A program made the position numbers and the translations under genes. This document shows, in pieces, positions 13,946 to 25,778 of a stretch of 64,000 nt of DNA. The DNA is from the human T2T-CHM13v2.0 reference genome, Homo sapiens: NCBI RefSeq assembly GCF_009914755.1, contig NC_060930.1; one strand, 5' to 3'. Numbering within the stretch: position 1 is the stretch's first letter; each line of letters starts with the position of its first letter. The notes under the pieces are model-generated. The model made no database searches, was not told the DNA's origin, and worked only from the letters and a program-made list of their open reading frames with translations.

Positions 13946-14484
13946 CTCTTTGTATGTGTGATATAGTCACACTTAGAGAGGTCATATGTTAAATCTTGGC
14001 CTGAGCATGCAGCAAAAAGGGACCTGAGAAGTGACATTGGCTGTGTCAAACCTCTCCATGCTTCACCTATTCCTCATATTACTTGTACTTTTGCAATTGT
14101 TACTACTGCTGATACAAGGTAAGATCTCTGACTCTCATAGGTCTCATTTAACAATAAGATATTTTGTATTATCTCATCAAGAGAAATAGTTCATGGCTGC
14201 CCTCTTTCGTCCTGAGAGGTCTCTGATCCTATATTGTCCATGTGAGTTGTTGACATTTTAAGATCCTCAACCTTTATCCTCAAACACTGAAAATTCGGAA
14301 GCTTAGCAGACATTTTGGCAATCTGTTTCAAAACTCAAAATTCCCAGTTTCTGTATTGTTATGTAATACAGCATGGAACATCGTTGCTTTTTGCCACTAA
14401 GCCTGCATTTGTTGAGGGTCCTGGTTAAGCCAAGGTCTTAAATTATGTTTGTTTTACACAGATATTCTAATTCAATTAGGTCAC

Positions 14485-14935
14485 CGTGATGGGTAATTTT
14501 GAATGTCAACTTGATGGGGCTAATGGATATCAGATAGCTGGTAAGACATCATTTCTGAGTGTGTTTGTGAGGGTGTTGCTGGAAGAGATTAGCATTTGAT
14601 TTGATAAACTGAGTAAGATATTCCTCACCAATGTAGGTGCACATCAACTAGTCCTTTGAGAACCTGAATAGAACAAAAAGGTGGAGGAAGGGCAAATGTG
14701 CTCTTTCTTGTGGATTCAGACATCTATATTCTGCCCTCAGACATCAATGCCTCTGGTTCTCAGGCCTTAAGGCTTGGACTAAAACTATACCACAAGCTTT
14801 CCTCGTTCTCCAGTTTGCAGATGGCAGCTGGTGGTACTCACCTCTATAATCACCAGTCCTTCATAATAAATCTCTTTCCATACATCTATGTATATCCTGC
14901 TAGTTCTGTTTCTCTGGAACATCCTGATTAATACA
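14485..14935 (+). mobile_element. MLT2 (MLT2D/B-like) ERVL solo LTR
   Basis: GTGATGGGTAATTTTGAATGTCAACTTGA start; GTTCTGTTTCTCTGGAACATCCTGATTAATACA end. Confidence 0.85.
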
Positions 14936-15144
14936 CCATTTTAAAAATGTCCTGCCCTTGACAGTATCCTCCCAATAGAAGGACAAAATGTTCTGCCTTT
15001 ACTATTTCTAATTGTACTTTAATATTAAATTTCTGTGCAATAAATCACATTGTAGCAGATAATTTTATATCAAATTAAAATTTATTAAGTCACTATTAGA
15101 CATTTTAAAAGTTAATAGTATGTGGATTCCTGAAAATTTAGATA

Positions 15145-15745
15145 CTCATTTATTCATAAAGCATTTATTGTATCCCTACTATTTCCCAGACAAGGTACTA
15201 CATTAAAAGTTATGGAAAATATAAAGTACGATCTTGATTATTTCCTGGAAGATCATTTAATATGTAGAGAGAGTAAATCAAGTACCCAAATGTTGGATTA
15301 AGTGTTAAGTGATATGAAAACACAGGGAAAGAATTTATGAAAGGAAAGGAGTCCACTAAGAATTCCAGGAGGAGTCTAATAACATTCCCCTGAATGGATG
15401 ACTGTTGGTCGGAACCTTGAAGAATGAATAGAAGGTCAGGTCATTATGTGTAGAAAAGTGGAAAGGGCATTTTACTGAGGGAAAAAAAGCAAGCATGCAA
15501 GCAAAGCATGGAAGATGGTGATTGTTCAGAAACACTTATGAAGTGACTGGAAGGAAAAGGATGTGCTAGAATAAAATTCAACAGTCTCTGGTATGATACC
15601 ATCTTACAAGTTATTGCAGTAGCTCTGGCTTGACATGGGCCCAATTAAGGCAAAGGCAAAGAATTTTTTTTTTAAGAAGGAGAAAAATGAGAAGGATTTA
15701 ATAGGTGTACTAAGTATGGAATGAGTTAAAAAGTAATGAAAAGGG
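15145..15745 (-). mobile_element. L2 3' fragment
   Basis: CATTTATTCATAAAGCATTTATTG antisense L2 tail followed by purine-rich body. Confidence 0.55.
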
Positions 15746-15752
15746 AGGATTT

Positions 15753-18422
15753 ACACTACAAGAAAAGAAAATTACAGGCCAATATCCCTGATTAACATAT
15801 ATGAAAAAATCCTCAACAAATTACTAGCAAGCCAAATTCAATAACGCATTAAAATAATTCACCACAATTGGCCAGGTGCAGTGGCACCAGAATCAAGTGA
15901 GATTAATCCCTGGGATGCAAAGATGGTTCAACATACGTAAATCATTAACTGTGACACATTACATCAATAGACTGAAAGCCAAAAACCATATGACTATCCC
16001 AATAAGTGCAAAGAAAAAAAAGCATTTGACAAAATTAAACATTCTTTCATGATTAAAAAAAAAAACTCTCAATAGATTAGCTATAGAAGGAATGTACCTC
16101 AACATAGTAAAGCCCATATATGACAAGCCCACAGTGACATCATACTCACTAGTGAAAATTTGAAAGTTTTACCTCTAAGATTAAGAATGAGACAAGGATT
16201 CTCACTCTCCACACTCTTTTCAACATAGTACTGGAAGTCCTAGTCAGAGAATTAAGCATGATAAAAATAAATAAAGGGGATCCTAATAAGAAAGGAAGAA
16301 GTGAAGTTGCCGCTGCTTGCTGACATAAACTTATATATATACAAAATCCTAAAGACTGTACCCCAAAACAGTTAGAAGTAATAAACAAACTCAGTAAAGT
16401 TGCAGGATACAAAATCAACGTACAAAAATCAGTTGCGTATCTATACAATAACAATGAACTATCTGAGAAAGAAATCAAGAAAACAATTTCATTTACAACA
16501 GCAACAGTAACAACAAAAATACTTAGGTGCAAATTTAACCAAGAAGGTAAAGATCTGTGTACTAGAAACAATAAAACACTTATGAAAGAAAGTGAAGAAA
16601 ATACCAATAAGTGGGAAAATATCATGTGTTCATGAATTAAAGAGTTAATATTATTAAAATGTCCCTACTACCCAAAGCAATGTACAGATTCAATGCAATC
16701 CTTATTAAAATGTAATTATTTTCATGGAAATAGAAAAAAAATTCTAATATCCATATAGAACCACAAAAGACCCTTAATATCCAAAGCAGTCTTGAGCAAA
16801 AAACAAATCAAAACAAAGCTTGAGGCATCATACTTACCTGACATCAAAATATTCTACAAAGTTGCAGTAATTAAAACAGCATGGTACTGCATAAAAATAG
16901 ACACATCAACCAATGGAACAGGATAGACAGTACAAAAATAAACCCATGCATTTATGACAATTGATTTTTTTATAAAAGTTCCAAGAATACATAATAGGGA
17001 AAGGACAGACTCCAATTAATGAGAAAACTGGATCCAGTTGAGAAAACTGTGTATCTATATGCAAAAGAGTGAAATTAGGTTCATATTTCATACAATACAT
17101 AAAAATCAACTGAAAATGGGTTTAATCCCAGGGGTTAATCTCACTTGATTGCGGTGAATATATGTAAAACCTTGAATATATTTAAAAACTTAAATATAAG
17201 ACCTGAAACTGTAAAACTGCTAGAAGAAATCATAGGGGAAAGTTCTACAACATTGATCTGAGCAATTATATTTTGGATATGATGTTAAAAGCACAGGTAA
17301 CAAAAGCAAAAATAGATTAATGGGAATATATGAAACTAAAAGTCTTCTGCACAGCAGAGGAAGCAATTAAAAAGGTGAATAATCAGAGAGTGAGAGAAGA
17401 TATTTGCGAACCATATATATCTGATAAGGGGTTAATATCCAAAATACATAAGGAACTCAAACAATTGAATAGCAAATAAGACAAATAATCAAATTTTTAA
17501 AAGGGCAAAGGACTTGAATAGACATTGCTCAAAAGAATATATACAAATGGCCAACAGGTCCATGAAAAAATGCTCCATGTTACTACTCATCAGGGAAATG
17601 CAAATTAAAACCACAACGAGATACACCTCACACCTATGAGAATACCTATTATCAAAATACAAACGATAACAAGTGTTAGTGAGTATGTGGAGAAAAGAGA
17701 ACCCTGGTACTATTGGTGGGAATGTAAATTAGTACATTATGGAAAGCAGTATGGAGGTTCATCAAAAAACTAAAAATAAATTACCATTTGATCCAACAAT
17801 CCCAGTTCTGGATATGTATCAAAAAATTAAAATTAATAAATCAAAGCGATATCTGTACCTCCATGTTCATTGGGATATTATTTGCAATAGCCAATATCAA
17901 CCTAAGTGTGTATCAATAGGTGAATGGATAAAGAAAATGTGGCATATATTAATAGTATATACAAAATGAAATACTATTCAGCCTTAAAGGAAATCCTGCC
18001 ATTTGCAACAACATGGAAGAACCCAAAGAACATTACGCTAAGTGAAATAAACCAGGCACAGAAAGACAAACATCTAAAAATGTCAAACTCATAGAAGTAG
18101 TAATTGAATGGTGGCTACCAGAGGGTCAGGGAGAGAGTAAATGGAAGACTGGGGAGATGGTGATCAAAGGATACAAAGTTTCAGTTAGACAGGAGGAATA
18201 AGTCTTTGATATCTTTTACACAGCATGGTGAGTATAGTTTATAATGAATTGTATATTTCAAAATTGCTAAGAGTAAATTTTAAATGTGCCACCATGTAAA
18301 TAAATTAGGTAATGGATATGTGAATTCACTTGATTTAGTCATTCCACATTGTATATTTCTATGAAAATATCACATTGTACCCCATAAATATACACTATTA
18401 TTCATCAGTTAAAATAATTTTT
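15753..18422 (+). mobile_element. 5'-truncated L1MA (MA4-MA6-like), degenerate ORF2 plus 3' UTR
   Basis: ORF2-homologous sequence throughout; L1MA 3' UTR GGATACAAAGTTTCAGTTAGACAGGAGGAATAAG; approximate TSD AA(G)GGAGGATTT at about 15741-15752 / 18423-18434. Confidence 0.92.
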
Positions 18423-21029
18423 AAAGGAGGATTTGTAGGAGTAGCAGGTCTCTAGACCTCTGGAGTTGAACAATTTGGCTGATGAGATTAGCTTGCATGA
18501 GAATTTCAGGAAGGAAAAAGCAGGTGTGTTGACCGGCAAGCACCGACTATGACTTGACTATGACTAAATTCCTTCCAGTTCTTCCAACAAACTAAAAGTC
18601 TAATGACTTGGAGTCTTTGTCCATGCTATCCCCTCTGTCCGGGATGCACTACCATCTTTTACACCATTTTTGGTGACACACAGCCACAGGGCTTTCAGAC
18701 ACAAACCAAATATAATCTTCTGAATATTTCACAGGAATAGAGGCACTTTAGTGTTTACATGGCTTCCTCTATTATATACCTTCCTCACATGCCACTATCA
18801 TTACTTTTTAGCTTTTCTTCCTCCATTCAGACTCTTAAGATCTTCTAGGGTAGAAGCCACGGGCATTCCTTTAAATTCAGTACCTATCACAAAATAAGCA
18901 CATGAGCATTAATATTCTGTTTTTAGTCTTTGTTATGCCTTTTCTAAATTAATTTTAATAGTGCCAAAATTGATTAGCTTCAAATCATGTTTTCTGTCAG
19001 TAGAAAAACATGCATACATCTTAAGAATCAGCTATAGGCAGGTTATTGACCTTTGCCTATAAATCTTGCCACTTTTCCTGTGTGCATGTAAGCATACATT
19101 TTGGTAAGCATATATGTACATTGAATAGTCATGATGAGAAATAAAAATAATATCCTTGGATTTTTCTCCCAGCACCCAATTCATCTGAATAGCCAATTGG
19201 TTGTTGTAGTTGTTGGCAAATGATGTCTGAATTTGTATGTTTCTAGTCAGCCCAGAGAAACAGGAATCAATGAATTTGTCACTTTCTATCTCTTCTAGCT
19301 TCGTTGTTTTTGTGATCCTTTATTCCACTGCAGTAAAGTGTTAATGCAATTGACTGGTAGTGCCTACAAAATAAACTCGCTCCTCCTTTTGATAGGCCAT
19401 GCTTTGAAGAGCTAAACGGCAAATCTTTTTGATCTAAACAGTTTAATTACCTTGCTAAAAAAAAAAAGAATGTGTATCCCATGCGTTGATTATCTTTCTT
19501 AGTCATCTCTCTAGGAGCATGCCATTTTTTCCTTACTAGGCTCTCTGTTTCTTTAAACTACTCTCCAGATTTTCCAAAAAAGTATAAAAACCCCATAGTG
19601 TGTGAAAACTTTGCAATTTTCACTGGGTACAATTCCAATTAACTCAAATATAAGGATCAGTCCTAAGGGCTGCATGATATGTCTATGTTAGAACAAACTA
19701 ATAAGTGAAACAAAAACATCACAGCCTAGAGAACAGAAAGGAGCACTTTTCCTGAAATGCTTATAATCTGAATATGAGCTCTAATGACCATGTTTTGATT
19801 AATTTCCAACAGAGATGCCTACCCAGGCATGAGAATTTTTCCACTACAGCCTGCTCAAAAAAGACTTCTGTGTTTTGAAACAACACAACAACACTCATGA
19901 CTGCTGCTTTTTGTTGCTTTATTTTTCTAGAAAAGCACTTCTTAGCTTGACAGATGTTCAGCCATTCTGTCAAAAGGATTTCCTCAGAAAAGTTAGGGGA
20001 TACTGTGTAGGCCATGTCTTCCCATACTGTCATTGGAAAACTAACAGGGAGTCTTAGCAGGCTTTCATTCACTCTCAACCACCATTACTGCTGAATACAT
20101 TAAATAATACTTCCCTCTTTAGTACATTTCAATGTGAAAAAGCAACCCTGGATTTTAATGTGTTTGTGAATTTGAACTGGATACGTTTTTTTAAAAATCA
20201 TTCAAAACTTCAGAATTATACATTGCTGCTACTGCTTTACCAATACTGTTCTGAAGCAACCAAGGATTATGGGGCATAAAATTCTGGAAATTTCTGTTAG
20301 GCCTGGTTTGGTTTCAAGTAGATTTCTCTAGTGAAAAAGAATATTCAGAGTGCTTGAGGATATTAACATGATACTTTATGAGGAATTTCCAGATAGTTAT
20401 AATTAACCCCAAACCAAACGCTAATCTCCTGAAGCTGTTCTACATAAGGGTGGTTCTCTCAGATTTAGCCCTGTTCAATCAGGGTACCAGACTGGGTATT
20501 CTGGCTACCTCTGAAGGCCAGCACCCATCCAGGATGTCTCTGTGATAATATTAGGCTTCCTCCTTAATGGTTGGCTCAAGGATGTCCCTGGATTGGAAAG
20601 TCATATTCTTGAAAAGCCTTTATTTTCCCCTAGCAATGCCAGTCAGCATTAACTTACTATTAGACAAGAAATTCTTAAATACAGAGCCGATTTTACTTAT
20701 CTAGGATCAAGAAGGAAAATAACATTTAAGAGTCTATAACGTACCAGAAACCTTGTTTAGTATTTTGTATCTTTAGTCTTCCTAAGAAAACTAAAAGGAA
20801 GTCACCATTATTTTCATTTTCTGTATGAGAAAATTCCTAATAATCATAGAAGGCAATATCCTAAATATGATAGCTGCTTTCTTCGTATATTGTTTCATTT
20901 CCCAGTTTTTTCTTCATTTTTTAACATTCTAAACAAAAGAGATCCTGTAAAGAAATTACAACTGTTTCCTGTCACTTACATATTTATAACCATGTACTAA
21001 TTTTCGTAAAAGGATGGTGACAAAACTCA

Positions 21030-21587
21030 ACACAGTCCCGAAGCTCTCCATATCATCTCTCCCATGTCTCCATGGACCACGTTCCTTTCTTCTCTCTAAT
21101 GTTCCTTCTGCTTCTAATGCCCCAAATGTGCTGACTCCTCCCTGCCCTAGAGAGCATATGCTGTTTATTCCATCCAAAAAGATCTCTCTAATCCTCTCCA
21201 CTCCCAACTCATCAAGCAAACTTGTATTCATTCTTTAATTCTTAGAAAAAAAAGAACTTCTTTAAGGTAGTTAAAAATATCATTTCTGCAAATATATTGA
21301 AATATATCTTTTGCTGCTATGAGGGCATATAAGAAATCCTGTTTTATATTGTATAGCAAGATACATTGTTTTACGCCCTCATAGCATCCTCTACGTAGTT
21401 GCCAGAGAATGTATTTTTATTTCAATTAATATTTACCTAATCATATGCTTTTCATATTGCCTGTAACTGCAAGAGCCACGAGGGCAAAATCTATGTCTAC
21501 TTTATTTACTGCTGAAACCCCATGGCCTAGAACAGTGTTTGAAACATAGTAGGTGCTCAGTGAATACTTGTTGAATGAATAAATGAG
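21030..21587 (+). mobile_element. L2 3' end
   Basis: ACATAGTAGGTGCTCAGTGAATACTTGTTGAATGAATAAATGA, the typical L2 terminus. Confidence 0.75.
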
Positions 21588-22099
21588 CCACTGCTCTGCA
21601 TAATTAGTGTCTTTATTTTACTTAAAAAGCCATAGGTGAGTTTACCCTGAATTAATATTTCCAAGGATTTTTTCCAATTTTTTCCATATATGAGTGTTTA
21701 GCCATCTTTCTGTGAAATATGAGAAATCACAAGATTGTAACATGTTAGAAAATAAAATGAAACAGGGCTGTTTTCAGTCTTGAGCTCCAGATTTGTATTT
21801 ATATCAATATATCTTATTATTGATTATATAATTTAACCTACATTCCACAAAACATAATTTTGCTTCTTGACCCTTTCATTTAATGTACACTTGTTGGTTC
21901 TGGTAAACACATACTTTGGAGAGTTAGAAAGGAAATTTGAAGTTGAATAAAAAGAAATTTATCTACAAAAAACACAGCCTGACTTTCATTCAACTATTAA
22001 GATTTCATTAAATATAAATAAAAATGAAATACACGTATTTGGGTTTGTGCATAAAAGAAGAACCACACATGTTCTGGTTTTACAATTTCTATCTTATTT

Positions 22100-23271
22100 C
22101 ACCCCTTTGTAGCATTAAACACTGTTGATAAGTCTTTTTTCAAAGTCTTTTCTCTGGGCTTCCATGACACCAGGTTTTCCTCCTAATTTTCTTCCTTTCT
22201 TTCTATTGCTACCCATCACTCCTTTTCCTGGCTTTTCTTCAACTCTTTCTTCCTTAAACAGCATGTATTGAAAGCTCACTGTGTATCTGGTGCTGAGCTA
22301 TATTCTGGAATCAAAAAATCTTACTCTTTTTTCATCTCACTAAACCCTCTGGAAGGGATTAAACACAATTTTTGTTTTATGCTGATTACTTCCAAATCTG
22401 TACATAGTCTACACTGTTCTCCTAAGCTTAAGGCTCACATGGCCATCTGTATAATGGGCATAAACTATCTCAGACTCAGCATGTCCAAAGTGAACTTGCT
22501 ATTCTCTCCCCAAAACCTTTCCACACTCTATCTCATAACTGGATAATTGTACCCAGTGCCATAGTCTCCCAAACAAGGAACATGCAACTCATTCTGACTT
22601 TCCTTCTTTATTCTTCAAATGCAATTGGTTCTAGAGTCCTAAGTGATTAACCTTTTCTTTATTTCCTTTGCACTGTCACTGTCCTAATTTTAATGCTCAT
22701 CACCCCTTTTCTGTATTGCAATATTTACCTCATAACTGGTCTTCTCTCCCTCATTTCTTTTTCTCTCAAATCCATTTTTCATACTGCCACCAGAGTGCTA
22801 TTTCTAAATTTAAATACGGCCATATGGCCCAAGCTTAAAACTCATCCATGGCTTCAAATTTCCTCTAGGGTAAAGCCTAAGCTTTGTAGCACCATATTTT
22901 GTCATGATCTGATCATAATTTACCTCTCCATCTTCCTACACCTTATCTTGCACCTATGATGCTATCACAACATAAAGTGTCCTCCATAAGACATTGTATT
23001 TTTATATTTCTGTACTTTCAAAATGCTTTTCCTCTGCCAGAAATGTCTTCCTCACCTTGTACACTAGAAAACCTAACCACCAGAATTCATATTAGACATC
23101 TTTTCTGTTAAGCTTTCCATGGCCTCTTCAGAAAACGCTGTGCCACCACAGATGTTCATAAATATAGAACATATTGTTCCCTAATGCAATTACAAATGTA
23201 CACATTTGTCTCCAACTGTATGTTTAGAACTATAGGACCTAGCACCATAAGCCATGGCACATAATGGGTCC
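22100..23271 (+). mobile_element. L2 LINE fragment, tail interrupted by an LTR
   Basis: Pyrimidine-rich L2 motifs (CTGGGCTTCCATGACAC; CTCAGCATGTCCAAAGTGAACT); tail resumes at about 23937-23970. Confidence 0.65.
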
Positions 23272-23936
23272 TGAAGACCAAAATAAAATAAAACTCCTAA
23301 ATTTCTCCAACAGACACTCCTTCGACTATAAAAACCCAAAATTTTAAGTTCCCTTCCAAGGTAAGATGGGAGGCTAATTACGTCCCATTTGCTTTCACCT
23401 TCTTTTACTCATTCATCATTACTAGATTTTCTCAAAAGCCAGCTTGAGAAAACAAAAGATTGGAAGGCCCCTCAGCTCCTCCTGTTGTTATGGCTCCAGC
23501 ATAACAGCTATTCCAGTTCACAAGGAATTTCTTCTTCAATACTGACTACCGGCTGTGGACTGGTTTTGGCCAGTGTCCTGAGGATGCACAGAACTTGTAC
23601 ACTATATTTCACCTTTTTATGTATAGAACCTAATTATAATGCATGTAAATGTTAAATTGCCACCCCAAAGTGAAAATGGGTCATAATGTATGTTTCACAC
23701 ATGTAAACCTAAAGTGCACACATGTGAGCATCTTTCATGAATATTGATAAGTCCTCCCATCTCCTGTTAAATATGTACACCCTGCCACCCCATTTAGAAT
23801 ATATACCTATCTCTTCTTTCTCTCCCTTTGAAGCATGGCTTTATGGTTTTGGCCAGAGGTTTACTTCCCACCTGCGCACCTGCAGGATGGAACCCCCTTG
23901 AAATAAATCTCTCCATTTAAATTTATTGACTCAACA
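23272..23936 (+). mobile_element. MER39/MER34-like ERV1 solo LTR
   Basis: TG...CA ends; AAATGTTAAATTGCCACCCCAAAGTGAAAATGGG motif; AATAAA near the 3' end. Confidence 0.7.
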
Positions 23937-24197
23937 GTATATAACAAACTTCTGTGGAAGGAGTGAATTAATGATCATAAGTAAACTAGTAATAAATTAG
24001 ATTTCTCCTTTGACAAAAAGTCTTTTCAAATAAAAAGTCAACTGGGAAAGCAAGATTAGTATAATGAAATCACATTTATGGGAATTCAAACTAATATTTT
24101 ATTAACAATTACAAATCAGAAGATAAACAGATGGGCTGCAGAAAAGGTTTGAGTTTTGTTCATGAGGTGAAAAGGTCATCCTTGAGTATTACCAGTA

Positions 24198-24557
24198 CAT
24201 ATGCTCCTCTACTTATGATGGGGTTAGTTCCAACAAACCCACTGTAAATTGGAAATACCATAAGTCAAAAATGCATTTAATACACCTAACCTACCAAACA
24301 TCATAGCTTAGCCTAGCCTACTTTAACCATGCTTGGAATACTTACATTAGCCCACAACAGGGCAAAATAATCTAACACAAAGCCTATTTAAAAAGAAAGT
24401 GTTGGATATCTCATGTAATTTATTGAATACCGTACTGAAAGTGAAAAACAAAATGGTTGTAAGGATAAAGTACGGTTTCTACTGAATGTTTATCACTTTT
24501 GTACCATTACAAAGTTGAAAATTTTAAGTCAAACTGTTATAAGTTTGAGACCATCCT
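24198..24557 (+). mobile_element. MER47A-like Tigger MITE
   Basis: CATATGCTCCTCTACTTATGATGGGGTT...TAAGTTTGAGACCATC; flanking TA dinucleotides; about 360 bp. Confidence 0.85.
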
Positions 24558-25724
24558 TATTAAACTTGGCATTTTATTTCTGAAATACCACCTTATCCCT
24601 ATCCTAGTTCTGAATGGTCACCAATAGCCTCCCTCATAAATGTAGAAATTCAGGAAGATATGCTCCTTCTCCTTCCAATGGAGATACAGATTTTTTGTTA
24701 ATTTATGACATAATCGTTCCTGTCTGAGCCTTTCTTTCAGGAATTAATTTCCTAGGGAACATGAACCATTTTCTGTTGTTCTTAATAACATTATGGTCTT
24801 GTCAATAAACATGATGATCACAGAGTTCTAAGCATCTTTAATTCCTATCCAAAACTTGCTGTAAGTGTGCTCTATGTTGGTTTGTCTAAAATTGGTCACA
24901 ACGGACACATTTCTGCTCTTGTAGTTGATATTATTTGCATAGAGAAAAAGTTGTTGCTAGTAAATGCTTAATAATTTCCTATAAAATAGTGATAGTATCT
25001 CACTTTGGGGAAGGGAAAACTGAGTCACGTGGAATACATTTTGTTTTGGAATTCATTTCTCTTGGAAAACTAATTAGAGTTCATTTCATTCTGGTACATG
25101 GGACAGGGACACAAAAATGCTAAGGTTCCCAGTATTAATTAAGTTGTGTATATCTAAGCAAAACAATCTGTTGATCCAAAAGTAATTAAGCCCACACTTC
25201 TTTAAGAAGTATTAAGAAAAAATAAGAAAACGAGAAGTAAGCCTTAGCTTCTGATGTGGCAGCCTTGGGGAGATGGACCAGTGGGAAGCTAATCTTGCCA
25301 TAATGGACAGGAATGTGAGAATATTATAGAAGGGCTGAGATATGAAGCAAAATTACTGCTACTGGTTAATACCATCTATCTTGTTTGGGTGCTTCTACAG
25401 CTCAAACATCCTCCTCTGTGTTAGTCTCTTTTTGCAGCTAGCCTAATCTACCTCCAGGGGACTAATTCCTGGAACATTTTAAACATCCTGCTCTGGGAAA
25501 ATACGATGGGCAAATGGTTAATACGACTTCCTTCTTTGTGCATTGTGCTAATAAATATGCCTCTTTTCCACTTTTTAAAGCCCCAACGTACAGTGTGCTC
25601 CATCTATCCAAAACAGATAGGATAGGACTATATGAATCAGAGAGGACTAAGACAACCAGTCCTTAACATGTACGTCAATATTATTCAGAAGTCTCTGCAG
25701 CAATGAAGACAATGGTGATGGCGA

Positions 25725-25778
25725 AATCTAGGATGTTGCTGCAGTCTAGACTGCAATCTCAATCTAGGATGTTGCTGC
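25725..25778. repeat. 18-bp direct repeat flanking a 16-bp perfect palindrome
   Basis: AATCTAGGATGTTGCTGC at 25725-25742 and 25761-25778; TGCAGTCTAGACTGCA at 25740-25755. Confidence 0.9.

Noticed and set aside
16149-16625. 158-aa hydrophobic ORF
   Set aside because: Antisense reading of A-rich L1 ORF2, which gives spurious Leu/Phe-rich frames.
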